Numbered from the stretch's first letter, positions 1 to 10,737 are shown. The stretch is DNA of 64,000 nucleotides from an uncultured SAR86 cluster bacterium (GCA_902628085.1 CACOLO010000007.1:4236-68235), one strand, 5' to 3'. Numbers and translations: made by a program. Notes: generated by a model not told the origin, from the sequence alone.

Positions 1-146
1 CTCCCCCCATTAGGTTTTTTTATGTTTTGCAGGGTCAATAAGAACATAAATTTCAAGATGAATCAAATTATGTAAACAAAAATAAGACACAATATTTGAC
101 AATTATAAATTTATCTAATAGTGGGTGGAATCAGGGCTTTTTTGAC

Positions 147-2243
147 TTATTCGTTGTTATCAGCCAAAGCCTTCATCGATAGTTTCATTTTACCTCTATC
201 AAATCCAATAAGTTTAACTTCAATCTCTTGTCCTTCTTCCAGTACATCATTAACATTTTCAGTTCTTTCTTCTGATATTTCCGATATATGTAAAAGACCA
301 TCTTTGCCAGGTAAAATATTTACAAAAGCTCCAAATTCAACAATTTTTACAACAGAACCTTTATAAACTTTATTTAATTCTGGTTCTTCAAGTATTCCTT
401 CAATAATTGCTAAACATTCTTTCATTGAAGATTGATTTTGACCAAAAACAGAGACGACACCGTCGTCACTTATATCAACTGTTGCACCAGTTTTTTCTTG
501 CATTGACTTGATAACTGCTCCACCTTTGCCAATAATTTCTTTAATTTTGTCTTTATCAACCATAAAGGTTTTCATTGCAGGTGCATTTTCTGAAAGTTCT
601 TTTGGTTTAGATATAACCTTATTCATAATCCCAAGAATATGATCCCTAGCTACTTTGGCTTTTGTTAAAGCTGTTTCCATAATAGATTCATTTATTCCAG
701 ATATTTTAATATCCATTTGGAGTGCAGTTATGCCAGATTCAGTACCAGCAACTTTAAAATCCATGTCCCCTAAATGATCTTCATCACCTAAAATATCAGT
801 TAGAACTGCAAAGTCTTCACCTTCTTTGATCAAACCCATGGCTATGCCAGCAACAGGACTAGTTAGAGGCACGCCTGCATCCATAAGTGATAACGAGGTT
901 CCACATACCGATGCCATTGAACTTGAACCATTTGACTCTGTAATCTCAGATACAACTCTCATTGTGTAACCAAATTCATCTGAATCGGGAAGTACTGCTT
1001 TAATTGCCCTTTTTGCTAGATTACCATGGCCTATTTCACGTCTTTTAGGCCCCATTGGCATTCCAATCTCTCCAACGCTATATGCTGGAAAATTATAATG
1101 AAGCATAAAGTTATCACTATCTTCTCCTTCAATAGATTCTATTCTCTGAGCATCTCTTGAAGAACCTAATGTTGCCGCTACAATTGCCTGAGTTTCACCT
1201 CGAGTAAATAAAGCTGAACCATGCGCACCAGGCAAAATATTTGTTTCAACAAAAATAGGTCTCACTGTATCTAGATCTCTTCCATCTATTCTTGGTTGAT
1301 TATTCAAGATATTTCCTCTAACGATATCTTTTTCAAGCTTCTTAAATTCGCTCATTAACTTACCCATATCAAGTTCATCAAGTTCTTCGTACTTCTCTTT
1401 GATTTTGTCTCTAATTTCTTTTAATGCCTCATTTCTCTCAGCCTTATTAGAAATTTTAAAAGCATTCTCTATTTCATCTTTATGATTTGATTGGAGTTCA
1501 TCATAATAATTATTTTCTTTTTTTACCGATTCAATATTCCATGCTTCCTTACCAGTTTTTTGTTTAAGCTCATTACATGCGGTAATTACAGCTTTCATTT
1601 CTTGGTGTCCAAATAGAACTGCACCCAGCATAAGATCTTCATTGAGTTCCTTTGCTTCTGATTCTACCATTAGCACTGCTTCATCAGTTCCAGCAACTAC
1701 CATATCTAAATATGAATCATTTAATTCCTCGAAAGAAGGATTTAAAACATATTCACCATCAATAAAGCCAACTCTTGCAGCTCCCATTGGTCCATCGAAT
1801 GGCACTCCAGATATAGTTAGTGCTGCTGATGCTCCTATCATGGAGGCTATATCAGGATTTTGTTTTTTATCTGAAGACATTACAGTACAAAAAACTTGAA
1901 TCTCATTTGTGAAGTGGTCTGGGAACATGGGCCTAATAGGTCTATCAATGAGCCTTGATGTCAACGTTTCTCTTTCTGTGGGTCTTGCTTCTCTTTTAAA
2001 GAACCCACCTGGAATCCTTCCAGTTGCATAAAACTTTTCTTGGTAAAAAACTGCGAGTGGAAAAAAATCTTTTGCAGGATCTGCTTCTTTCTTGGCAACT
2101 ACGGTTGTCAGTACAACCAAATCTCCTATTGTTACAACAACTGCTGCTGTTGCCTGTCTAGCAATCTTATTTGTTTCTATTTTTACTGTTTGTTTTCCAT
2201 ATTGAAACTCTACACTTGTAGATTCTAAATTATTATTTTCCAC
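147..2243 (-). CDS. pnp: polyribonucleotide nucleotidyltransferase (PNPase)
   Basis: RNase PH domains ([26 protein letters not shown]), KH and S1 domains; downstream of rpsO; GTG start. Confidence 0.99.
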   Translation of the reverse strand: MENNNLESTSVEFQYGKQTVKIETNKIARQATAAVVVTIGDLVVLTTVVAKKEADPAKDFFPLAVFYQEKFYATGRIPGGFFKREARPTERETLTSRLIDRPIRPMFPDHFTNEIQVFCTVMSSDKKQNPDIASMIGASAALTISGVPFDGPMGAARVGFIDGEYVLNPSFEELNDSYLDMVVAGTDEAVLMVESEAKELNEDLMLGAVLFGHQEMKAVITACNELKQKTGKEAWNIESVKKENNYYDELQSNHKDEIENAFKISNKAERNEALKEIRDKIKEKYEELDELDMGKLMSEFKKLEKDIVRGNILNNQPRIDGRDLDTVRPIFVETNILPGAHGSALFTRGETQAIVAATLGSSRDAQRIESIEGEDSDNFMLHYNFPAYSVGEIGMPMGPKRREIGHGNLAKRAIKAVLPDSDEFGYTMRVVSEITESNGSSSMASVCGTSLSLMDAGVPLTSPVAGIAMGLIKEGEDFAVLTDILGDEDHLGDMDFKVAGTESGITALQMDIKISGINESIMETALTKAKVARDHILGIMNKVISKPKELSENAPAMKTFMVDKDKIKEIIGKGGAVIKSMQEKTGATVDISDDGVVSVFGQNQSSMKECLAIIEGILEEPELNKVYKGSVVKIVEFGAFVNILPGKDGLLHISEISEERTENVNDVLEEGQEIEVKLIGFDRGKMKLSMKALADNNE

Positions 2244-2268
2244 GATCTTCCTTATTTATGTTTTGACA

Positions 2269-2538
2269 TTAACCTCTTAGATTTAGCTTCTTTACCAAAT
2301 CAGCATAGCTATGAGCATCTTTTCTTTTTAAATATGCCAGTAACTTTCTTCTAAGATTTACCATCCTTATTAAACCAGCTCTGGAATGATGGTCTTTGTT
2401 ATGATTTTTAAAATGACTTTGTAATTTATTAATATTTTCTGTTAAGAGTGCTATTTGAACCTCTGGTGATCCAGTATCACCATTATTTCTTTTGTATTTC
2501 TCGACAATTTTAGCCTTTTCTTCTGTTAATAATGCCAT
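2269..2538 (-). CDS. rpsO: 30S ribosomal protein S15
   Basis: [22 protein letters not shown] motifs, 89 aa. Confidence 0.99.
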   Translation of the reverse strand: MALLTEEKAKIVEKYKRNNGDTGSPEVQIALLTENINKLQSHFKNHNKDHHSRAGLIRMVNLRRKLLAYLKRKDAHSYADLVKKLNLRG

Positions 2539-2551
2539 ATTGTTTTTCCTC

Positions 2552-2610
2552 GTAATGTTTAATGAAAATTGCTAACCTCACATTACTAAAGTAAGCGTGC
2601 GAATATTATA
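2552..2610 (-). promoter_or_regulatory. rpsO promoter -10 (TATAAT, 2610-2605) and 5' leader hairpin
   Basis: TATAAT followed by stem GTAATGT/ACATTAC (2586-2580 with 2558-2552) directly before SD GAGGA. Confidence 0.5.
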
Positions 2611-2623
2611 ACTTATTCAGGCA

Positions 2624-3463
2624 TTAAACAAGCTGTTTATGTTTTAGAATTTCTCCGTCTACAAATCCTAATCCCATAAACTCATTAGCATTTTTATAAA
2701 TTCTATAAAATCCTTTTAGATTCTTTTGAGCAATTATTTCTTGACCATTTTGAAACAAATTAGATTCCCTATCATTCAATAGTATTTTTTCCAAATATAA
2801 AAAAGCTTCCTCAATTTTTATCATTCCATTTTTGTTTATATTTTCTATAGTTCTTGCATTTTTAAGATCAAAATTATGTTGTTTTAATCTTTTCAATGAA
2901 ATCATGTTGGCTCCACATCCTAAGTTCTCACCAAGATCTCTTGCAATTGATCTTATGTAAGTACCTTTTGAACAAGTTAGCTCAAATGAACAAATTTCAT
3001 TTTTATATGTAATATTTTTAATTTCTTTTATTTCTATTTGTCTTGGTTCTTTATTTATAAACTCACCTTTTCGAGCATATTCATATAAAGGCCTTCCCTT
3101 ATGTTTCAGTGCAGAGAAATATGGTGGTTTTTGAAGTGAAGTACCCAAAAAATTATTAATTTCATTTTTAAGTGCTTTTTCAGTGACTTTTACAGGAGCT
3201 TTTGCAACTATCTGACCAGTTGTATCATGAGTGTCTGTTGAAATACCAAGCTTTATTTCAACGAAATAAGATTTATCAGATTCTAAAAAATAATTCGAGA
3301 ACTTAGTTGCTCTATTTACAGCTAATATAATCAATCCTTCAGCAATTGGATCTAAAGTACCTAGATGACCAACTTTCTTAAAAGAAAATTTTTTCTTTAT
3401 TTTTTGAACGACATCATTCGATGTATAATTTTTTTCTTTATTAACAAGAAAAAATCCATTCAT
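2624..3463 (-). CDS. truB: tRNA pseudouridine(55) synthase
   Basis: GHLGTLDP, CSKGTYIRS motifs; rbfA-truB-rpsO synteny. Confidence 0.98.
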   Translation of the reverse strand: MNGFFLVNKEKNYTSNDVVQKIKKKFSFKKVGHLGTLDPIAEGLIILAVNRATKFSNYFLESDKSYFVEIKLGISTDTHDTTGQIVAKAPVKVTEKALKNEINNFLGTSLQKPPYFSALKHKGRPLYEYARKGEFINKEPRQIEIKEIKNITYKNEICSFELTCSKGTYIRSIARDLGENLGCGANMISLKRLKQHNFDLKNARTIENINKNGMIKIEEAFLYLEKILLNDRESNLFQNGQEIIAQKNLKGFYRIYKNANEFMGLGFVDGEILKHKQLV

Positions 3464-3464
3464 T

Positions 3465-3812
3465 TTATTTCAAATTTTTAAGAAGATTTTCTATATTCTC
3501 TGAGTATTCAATACTTTCGTCAAACTTAAAAATTAGCTTTGGGACTCTTCTCATTTCAATAATTTTTGACAGTTTAGATCTTATCATCCCAGCAAGTTTT
3601 GTAAGAGTTTTAGATTCGATATTGCTATCACTTTTCCTTATCGATTTTCCAATAACAGTATAGTAAAGATAAGCTATTCCTATATCATCAGTCACTTTGA
3701 CAGCGGTAATATTTATATTCTGCAATCTTGGATCTTTGACTTCTTGAGTAAGGACAAGTGAGATCTCTCTTTTAAGTAAATCTGCAACTTTTTCAGGTCT
3801 ATTTGAAGACAT
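3465..3812 (-). CDS. rbfA: ribosome-binding factor A
   Basis: KDPRL and RRVPKLIFKFDES motifs; synteny. Confidence 0.97.
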   Translation of the reverse strand: MSSNRPEKVADLLKREISLVLTQEVKDPRLQNINITAVKVTDDIGIAYLYYTVIGKSIRKSDSNIESKTLTKLAGMIRSKLSKIIEMRRVPKLIFKFDESIEYSENIENLLKNLK

Positions 3813-3815
3813 ATC

Positions 3816-6077
3816 TTATATTTCTTGAGCTTCTTCTTTCCTATCAAAAACTTCTATTTTATCTCCTGGTTTAATGTCTTTATAGTTTTTTATACCCATT
3901 CCACATTCATTGCCATTTTTAACTTCATTTACGTCTTCTTTAAATCTTCTAAGAGAATTAAGTTCGCCTTCAAAAATCACAACTTCATCTCTCAAAACTC
4001 TTACAGGTTTATTTCTCAAGACATTTCCTTCAATTACATTACAACCTGCAACTTGTCCAAATTTGGGAGAATTAAATACTTCTAAAACTTCAGCAGTCCC
4101 AACAATTATTTCTTTAACAATTGGATCTAGCAATCCACTCATCCTTGCCTTAACGTCATCTAAAAGTTCGTAAATAATGCTATGGTAACTTAATGGTATT
4201 GATTCCGACTCAATAATCTTCTTTGCAGTGTTGTCAGCACGAACATTAAAACCGATTATTACAGACTCAACAGCAACTGCAAGATTTGCATCTGATTCAC
4301 TTATTCCACCCACGCCACTAGAAACTATCTTAACTTTTGCTTTTTCTCCAGCTAAATCATTTAAAGCTGCCACAATGGCTTCGCAAGTTCCACCAACATC
4401 AGTTTTGATAATTACATTTAAAACTTTTTTTGCTTCTTGGCCCAAGGTTTCAAAGAGATCTCCGGCAGACTCATCTTTTTGTTTTAAGAGCTTCTTTTCT
4501 TTCTCTTTTGTTAATCTATATTCAGATATCTCACGGGCTTGTTTTTCATTTTTTACAACTTGAAATTGATCTCCAGCTCCAGGCACAGAGTTCAATCCTA
4601 AGACCTCAACTGCAGCTGAAGGTCCTGCAGATTTAATTTTCTGCCCATCGCTATTGACAATACTTTTAATTTTACCCATTGAGTTTCCCGAAACTACCAA
4701 ATCACCAATTTTTAGAGTTCCATTTTGGATTAAGAATGTTGCGACTGAGCCTCTAAATTTGTCTAATTCCGATTCAATCACAACTCCCTGAGCTGCACCC
4801 TCATAATGAGCTTTTAATTCAAGTATTTCGGCTTCAAGTACTATTCTTTCTAACAGATCATCTATGCCATCACCTTTTAAGGCCGATACTGGAACCATTT
4901 GAATAGTTCCGCCCCAATCTTCAGGAGTCAAATCTTTTGCTGCAAGATCACCCTTAACTTTATCAATGTCTGCACCATCAAGATCAATTTTATTGATTGC
5001 AACTACAATAGATACTCCTGCAGCTCTAGCATGATTAATTGCTTCTTCTGTTTGAGGTTTTATGCCATCGTTTGCTGCTACAACTAAAATTACTATGTCA
5101 GTTGTATTAGCGCCTCTTGCTCGCATTGAAGAAAAAGCAGCATGACCAGGAGTATCAATGAATGTTAACAACCCCTTAGAAGTTTCAACTTGATAAGCAC
5201 CAATATGTTGAGTAATGCCTCCAGCCTCACCTTCTACAACTTTTGTATTTCTTATAAAATCCAATAATGTAGTTTTTCCGTGATCAACATGTCCCATAAC
5301 AGTTATCACTGGTGGTCTGGTTTTCTTTTCGTCTTTATATTTGATTAAATTTGCAAGATCTTCTTCAAGATTTTCTTCCTTTCCAGCAATTCCGTTGTGT
5401 CCAATCTCCTCAACCACAAGTATTGCAGTCTCTTGATCAATTAAATCATTTATGGTTGCTACAACGCCAAGACTCATCAAATTTTTAACTACCTCTCCTC
5501 CTTTTACTGCCATTAATTTTGCAAGTTCTCCAACCTGAATAGTTTGTGGCACTTCAATATCTTTTTTAATAAATTCTTTTGGTTCTTCAAATTGATGTTG
5601 GGAATCCTCAAAAACTACTTCCTTTTTTTTGTATGCATCAACTGCACTAGATAATTGATCTTTTAAATCAACAATTTTCTCTGGAGCTGATTGTCTTTTT
5701 ATTGCTCTTGATTTTTTTTGTTCTTGTTTAAGCTTTGCTGCGGCTTTTAGTTGTTCTTCTCTTTTAATCTGTTGTTCTTTTAACTGCTCTGAGGCAGCCG
5801 CTCTTTTAGCTTCAATGTTATCCGAATAACTTTTTTTAGATGAGGAAGTTGAAGTTACTTTTCCTCTTGATGTAACCTTTACGCCCGACTCAGAGGTAAC
5901 TGATTTTGAAGATGCAGACTTAGAGCCCTTGAGATATTTTAAAAGAGCTTGTTTGTCTGATGGTGTGACTTCATCTGATCCTTTAGAATGACTAAGACCA
6001 GCCTTCTGCATTCGCTCAATCAGAGCTTTGTCAGTTATCTTTAGAGTTTTTGCAAAATCTTTTACTGTTATAGCCAA
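3816..6077 (-). CDS. infB: translation initiation factor IF-2
   Basis: GHVDHGKT, GEAGGITQHIGAY, DTPGH, NKID motifs; TTG start. Confidence 0.99.
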   Translation of the reverse strand: MAITVKDFAKTLKITDKALIERMQKAGLSHSKGSDEVTPSDKQALLKYLKGSKSASSKSVTSESGVKVTSRGKVTSTSSSKKSYSDNIEAKRAAASEQLKEQQIKREEQLKAAAKLKQEQKKSRAIKRQSAPEKIVDLKDQLSSAVDAYKKKEVVFEDSQHQFEEPKEFIKKDIEVPQTIQVGELAKLMAVKGGEVVKNLMSLGVVATINDLIDQETAILVVEEIGHNGIAGKEENLEEDLANLIKYKDEKKTRPPVITVMGHVDHGKTTLLDFIRNTKVVEGEAGGITQHIGAYQVETSKGLLTFIDTPGHAAFSSMRARGANTTDIVILVVAANDGIKPQTEEAINHARAAGVSIVVAINKIDLDGADIDKVKGDLAAKDLTPEDWGGTIQMVPVSALKGDGIDDLLERIVLEAEILELKAHYEGAAQGVVIESELDKFRGSVATFLIQNGTLKIGDLVVSGNSMGKIKSIVNSDGQKIKSAGPSAAVEVLGLNSVPGAGDQFQVVKNEKQAREISEYRLTKEKEKKLLKQKDESAGDLFETLGQEAKKVLNVIIKTDVGGTCEAIVAALNDLAGEKAKVKIVSSGVGGISESDANLAVAVESVIIGFNVRADNTAKKIIESESIPLSYHSIIYELLDDVKARMSGLLDPIVKEIIVGTAEVLEVFNSPKFGQVAGCNVIEGNVLRNKPVRVLRDEVVIFEGELNSLRRFKEDVNEVKNGNECGMGIKNYKDIKPGDKIEVFDRKEEAQEI

Positions 6078-6085
6078 TTTTTCTC

Positions 6086-7546
6086 CTACTTAAACCAATG
6101 CTCCCTTGCTTTCATAATCATCTTTGAAGCTTCATCATCAGAAATATCAATAATCTCTTTTAATTCATCAATAGATAATTCAGCAAGGTCATCTTTATTT
6201 TTTACCCCTTTATTTAAAAGCAATTGAATATTTTCCTCACTAAGTTTTAGGTCTGATAAGGATTCAATATTATCTTCCTCCTCAGTAACTGCTCCCATTG
6301 CATCTAAAAGTGCAGTGTCCTCGGCAGAAGATTTTATTCGAGCAATTTCCTCAGAGCTTTCAATAAATTCGCTGAAAATGTTGTCGTCAGCATAGGCAAT
6401 ATCGTCAAAAGAACTCATTCCCAGAGAAATTATTTTTTCTGCAATCACTTCAGAAACTTCAAGACTATCAATAATCTTTGCTAAAAATTCAGTTTCATCT
6501 ACTTTAATTTTTGCTTCAGCTTCTTCATTTGAAATTATATTTAAATCCCATCCAACAAGCTTTGAAGCTAACCTTATATTTTGACCTCGTGAACCAATTG
6601 CTAATGCTAAATTATCTTCATTTACTGCTATATCCATTGATCTAGAATCCTCGTCCATGACGATTGACTCTACTTTTGCTGGAGAAAGTGCATTTATTAC
6701 TAATTGAGCTGGATTATCATCATAAATGATAATATCTATTCTCTCATTACCAAGTTCTGATGACACAGCCTGAACTCTTGAACCTCTCATACCTACACAA
6801 GCTCCAACTGGATCAATTCTTCCATCATTCGTTTTTACCGCAATCTTTGATCTAGATCCTGCATCTCTTGCAACACCTCTTATTTCAATTACATCTTCAT
6901 TAATTTCAGGTACTTCTATACTAAAAAGCTCTGTGACCATCTCAGGACATGATCTATTTAGCATTAATTGAGGTCCTCTTCCCTCTACCTCAACAATCTG
7001 AAGAATTGCTCTGATTCTGTCATTAATTTTGTATATCTCTCCAGGCATTAATTTATCTCTTGGGAGCAGAGCTTCTGCTTCATGTGTTATATCAACTATA
7101 ATATTATCTCTAGTTACTCTTTTGACAGAGCCAGAAACAAGTTTATTATTTTGAGATCTAAACTGCTCAACAATTTTTTCTCTCTCTGCTTCTCGAACCT
7201 TTTGTAACATTACCTGTCTTGCAGCTTGAGTTTCAATTCTGCCAAATTTTATGTTTTCCTGTTCGAGGGTATATACTTCTTCAAATTCAAGGCCAGAATC
7301 ATCTTTTGAGATATGTGTCTCATGATGAAACTCTTCATTTTCAGTATCAAAAACAATCCAGTTTCTATGAGTTGAGTACTCACCAGTTTCTCTATTAATT
7401 TTTACGAATAAGTCTGCATCCTCATGAAAATGCCTTTGTGATGCAGATGCAATTGCAATTTCAATTGCTTTAAAGATAACATCCTTATCAAGACCTTTTT
7501 CAGTTGATACAGAATCAACTACTCCCAAAATCTCATTACTTTGCAT
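6086..7546 (-). CDS. nusA: transcription termination/antitermination factor NusA
   Basis: S1/KH domains, DPVGACVGMRGSRVQ, acidic C-terminal repeats. Confidence 0.99.
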   Translation of the reverse strand: MQSNEILGVVDSVSTEKGLDKDVIFKAIEIAIASASQRHFHEDADLFVKINRETGEYSTHRNWIVFDTENEEFHHETHISKDDSGLEFEEVYTLEQENIKFGRIETQAARQVMLQKVREAEREKIVEQFRSQNNKLVSGSVKRVTRDNIIVDITHEAEALLPRDKLMPGEIYKINDRIRAILQIVEVEGRGPQLMLNRSCPEMVTELFSIEVPEINEDVIEIRGVARDAGSRSKIAVKTNDGRIDPVGACVGMRGSRVQAVSSELGNERIDIIIYDDNPAQLVINALSPAKVESIVMDEDSRSMDIAVNEDNLALAIGSRGQNIRLASKLVGWDLNIISNEEAEAKIKVDETEFLAKIIDSLEVSEVIAEKIISLGMSSFDDIAYADDNIFSEFIESSEEIARIKSSAEDTALLDAMGAVTEEEDNIESLSDLKLSEENIQLLLNKGVKNKDDLAELSIDELKEIIDISDDEASKMIMKAREHWFK

Positions 7547-8018
7547 AATCTCTTTCCTTCATTAATTCATTAAAATTTGGTTTTAACCTACAAAAATCTA
7601 TATCGTTAAAGTTAAATTCCAAAACTTTTTCCTTCACTTTAATGCTAATAATTTCTGAACTACATTGCGTTAGAATGCCAGTAAAGTTTCTTTTTCCCTC
7701 ATGAATCTCCTTTGATTTTAAAGATAATTCCTCGCCAATATAGTCTTTTAATTGGTTAATATCAAAGAATTTTCTATCGATACCTGGAGTTGAGACCTCT
7801 AAAACATAATTATCGCCAAGATTTAGATCTAAGTTTGGTTCATAATTAAGATCTTTAGAGATATTCTCACAATCGTTAATATCAACTCCTTTTTTAGAAT
7901 CAATATAAATTCTCAAAGTAGTTCTCTTTTTACCTCTTAAAATCTCAGTTCCCCAGAGATAACAATCATTTCTTGTTATTACCGGAACAATTATTCTTTC
8001 AATTTCTTCTTTATACAT
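7536..8018 (-). CDS. rimP: ribosome maturation factor RimP
   Basis: LRIYID, DCENIS, YVLEVSTPGIDR; start moved to ATG 8018 because the longer ORF-track frame runs into the tRNA. Confidence 0.96.
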   Translation of the reverse strand: MYKEEIERIIVPVITRNDCYLWGTEILRGKKRTTLRIYIDSKKGVDINDCENISKDLNYEPNLDLNLGDNYVLEVSTPGIDRKFFDINQLKDYIGEELSLKSKEIHEGKRNFTGILTQCSSEIISIKVKEKVLEFNFNDIDFCRLKPNFNELMKERDYAK

Positions 8019-8029
8019 ATTCTTTATAC

Positions 8030-8048
8030 AAAAAAAGGGCAACAGCCC
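8030..8048 (-). terminator. rimP-leader type short intrinsic terminator
   Basis: Minus strand GGGC-TGTT-GCCC-TTTTTTT between tRNA-fMet and rimP. Confidence 0.75.
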
Positions 8049-8069
8049 CACAAAAAACTTATTTAACTG

Positions 8070-8146
<77 letters not shown>

Positions 8147-8161
8147 ACGCAGCGAACATGA

Positions 8162-8190
8162 AGTTTATGAAAGTAACTTAAATTGGTCAA
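8162..8190 (-). promoter_or_regulatory. sigma70 promoter of tRNA-fMet/rimP-nusA-infB operon
   Basis: TTGACC-N17-TAAACT ending 15 nt before the tRNA 5' end. Confidence 0.75.
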
Positions 8191-8221
8191 GTTTATTTTT
8201 AAACTAGATCAAAAATATAGT

Positions 8222-8230
8222 TGTTATAAT
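8222..8230 (+). promoter_or_regulatory. extended -10 promoter for tRNA-Leu
   Basis: TGTTATAAT 9 nt before tRNA start. Confidence 0.65.
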
Positions 8231-8239
8231 TACATTTTT

Positions 8240-8326
8240 GCCGAAGTGGTGGAATTGGTAGACACGCTAGCTTGAGGGGCTAGTGAGTGAAAACTCGTGC
8301 GGGTTCAAGTCCCGCCTTCGGCACCA
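8240..8326 (+). tRNA. tRNA-Leu (GAG)
   Basis: 87 nt, acceptor GCCGAAG/CTTCGGC, anticodon arm CTAGC-TT-GAG-GG-GCTAG, long variable arm, CCA end. Confidence 0.98.
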
Positions 8327-8334
8327 TAAATTAA

Positions 8335-8646
8335 CTATTCTATTGGAATTTCGTCAGATAGGCCTTCTTCAACAGCTTCTTCTATAAGAGGTGTATCAAA
8401 AATTACTTCAGAATTTTCGGTTTTATACAAATAAGCTAATAACATTGATAAAACAAGCCAAATAGCAACAATATAATATGTAAGCTTCCCTAGAAAATCA
8501 GATGGGCCTAATGCTCCAAACATAGAATTTGACGATCCTCCTCCAAATGCAGAACCTAAATCAGAGCCTTTACCTTGTTGCAATAAAACCAAGGCAACAA
8601 TTATTACTGCAAGAATGATACAAAGAACTTTTATAAAAATTATCAT
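8335..8646 (-). CDS. secG: preprotein translocase subunit SecG
   Basis: VLLQQGKGSDLGSAFGGGSSNSMFG, two TM segments. Confidence 0.98.
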   Translation of the reverse strand: MIIFIKVLCIILAVIIVALVLLQQGKGSDLGSAFGGGSSNSMFGALGPSDFLGKLTYYIVAIWLVLSMLLAYLYKTENSEVIFDTPLIEEAVEEGLSDEIPIE

Positions 8647-8647
8647 T

Positions 8648-9418
8648 TTAAATAATACTTTTTCCCCATATGTTAACTATATTTGCAAAAGTTGAGCCAT
8701 TCAATGATGCTCCTCCAACTAATGCACCGTCTACAAACTCTTCTTTAAAAAAACTATCTGCATTTTTATCTGTAACGCTTCCGCCATAAACTACATCTGG
8801 TACGTGATTGTTTTTAGACACGGATTGTACAACATCTTTTATATATTTATGAATTTCATTTATATTATTTGGCTCTGGGGTCTGTCCACTACCAATTGCC
8901 CAAACAGGCTCATAAGCAATTGTAAAGTTTTTACCGAGCTCAAATCCATCAATTACACTAAGTTGAGTTTTTAGGACATCTTTTGTAGCGCCCATTTTAT
9001 TTTCTTCTTTTGTTTCTCCAATACATAGAATTGTTGTACCTATTTTACTCTCCTCAACAGCTCGTATTTTTTTTCTAATCAAATCATTATCCTCATAAAA
9101 AAATTCTCGTCTTTCTGAATGTCCAATAATTACAAACTCTACATCACAACCACACTCTTCAAGCATTTCAATAGATATTGCACCTGTTCTTGATCCTGAC
9201 GAATGATCAACGTCTTGAGCTCCAATTACCATTCCAAACATATCATGATCTGACTCATCAAGGTTACCCCAACGTTGAATACCAATGCTATATTCATATA
9301 TATAAACTGATGGTGGGGCTATTCCCACATAAAACTCTACTGGTGGACATGAATTTACAAAGTCATCAATCCATTTATCAAAATTTACTAAATTTGACTT
9401 GAAATTAGCAATTATCAT
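8648..9418 (-). CDS. tpiA: triosephosphate isomerase
   Basis: IIGHSERR, AYEPVWAIG, YGGSV, LVGGASL. Confidence 0.97.
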   Translation of the reverse strand: MIIANFKSNLVNFDKWIDDFVNSCPPVEFYVGIAPPSVYIYEYSIGIQRWGNLDESDHDMFGMVIGAQDVDHSSGSRTGAISIEMLEECGCDVEFVIIGHSERREFFYEDNDLIRKKIRAVEESKIGTTILCIGETKEENKMGATKDVLKTQLSVIDGFELGKNFTIAYEPVWAIGSGQTPEPNNINEIHKYIKDVVQSVSKNNHVPDVVYGGSVTDKNADSFFKEEFVDGALVGGASLNGSTFANIVNIWGKSII

Positions 9419-10737
9419 AATTTTGATTCAATAAGCTTTTCAATATCAGCTGCATACTTTTTAGCAACTTTTTTCTCAGGAGCTTCAATCATAATTCTTA
9501 TTTTTGGTTCGGTTCCTGATGGCCTTACAAGCACTCTTCCAACAGTAATGTCAGACTCAATTTCCTTTAAAAGCGATTGTAAATCTTTATCATTGATAAT
9601 ATCTTTGTTTTTTACTTTTATTGCGATATTTACCTGAGGTATTTTTTTGTAATTTGCTAGTACCTCGCTTGGTTTTTTCTCTAATAGCAATAAAGATGAG
9701 ATTACTTTTAATGCTGCAATTGTTCCATCACCAGTGCTTACTAAATCTCTACATATTATGTGTCCAGAAGTCTCTCCACCAAGCATCCAACCTTTTTTTG
9801 ATAACATCTCACTAACATGCTTATCGCCTACATCTGATCTAATAAATTTATAACCCAATTTTTTAAGGCCATCCTCTAAACCTAAATTACTCATCTTAGT
9901 TCCAACAACTCCTGACCACGCACCTGTTCTGTTAGGATTAGCAAAAGCAAGTATGTAAAGAAGATCATCACCATCAAGAATATTACCTTTTTCATCAACC
10001 AAAATTACCCTATCTCCATCACCATCAAGAGAAACGCCAAAATCTGCTCTATGTTCTGTTACTGCTTTGCTTACTATTTCTGGATGAGTTGAACCACATT
10101 CTTGATTGATATTGTAACCGTCAGGTTCTGTTCCAATTTTAATTATCTCAGCGCCAAGTTCTTCAAATACTTCAGGACTCACCTTATAACATGCACCGTT
10201 TGCACAATCTAAAACAATGCGTAATGAAGAGAAAGATATTTCTGATGGAACCGTTGATTTACAAAACTCGATATATCTTGGTCCAGATTCATCAAATCTG
10301 TATGCTTTGCCTATTGTAGAAGTTTCAACAGGTGATAAATCTCCAGCTAAATGTTTCTCAATTCTTTTTTCAATATCTCTTGATATTTTTTCACCATCTT
10401 CATTAAATATTTTTATACCGTTATCAAGAAAATCATTATGAGAGGCACTTATCACAACACCGAATTTATTTCTAAGAGTTTTTGTAAGGTATGCTACTCC
10501 AGGAGTTGGAATTGGACCTAATAATCTTACATCTACACCTGCTGCGATAAATCCAGCTTGAAGTGCAGCTTCAAGCATATAACCAGATACGCGAGTATCT
10601 TTTCCTATGACAACAGTATTCCAACCAAGCTCTTTCATGGTTAGGCCAGTTGCATGTCCAATTTTTAAACATGCGTCGGGTGTTACAACACTTTCGACGG
10701 GTCCCCTAATACCATCGGTGCCAAATTTTAAACTCAT
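9415..10737 (-). CDS. glmM: phosphoglucosamine mutase
   Basis: FGTDGIRG, ISASHN, DGDGDR, RPSGTEP. Confidence 0.97.
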   Translation of the reverse strand: MSLKFGTDGIRGPVESVVTPDACLKIGHATGLTMKELGWNTVVIGKDTRVSGYMLEAALQAGFIAAGVDVRLLGPIPTPGVAYLTKTLRNKFGVVISASHNDFLDNGIKIFNEDGEKISRDIEKRIEKHLAGDLSPVETSTIGKAYRFDESGPRYIEFCKSTVPSEISFSSLRIVLDCANGACYKVSPEVFEELGAEIIKIGTEPDGYNINQECGSTHPEIVSKAVTEHRADFGVSLDGDGDRVILVDEKGNILDGDDLLYILAFANPNRTGAWSGVVGTKMSNLGLEDGLKKLGYKFIRSDVGDKHVSEMLSKKGWMLGGETSGHIICRDLVSTGDGTIAALKVISSLLLLEKKPSEVLANYKKIPQVNIAIKVKNKDIINDKDLQSLLKEIESDITVGRVLVRPSGTEPKIRIMIEAPEKKVAKKYAADIEKLIESKL

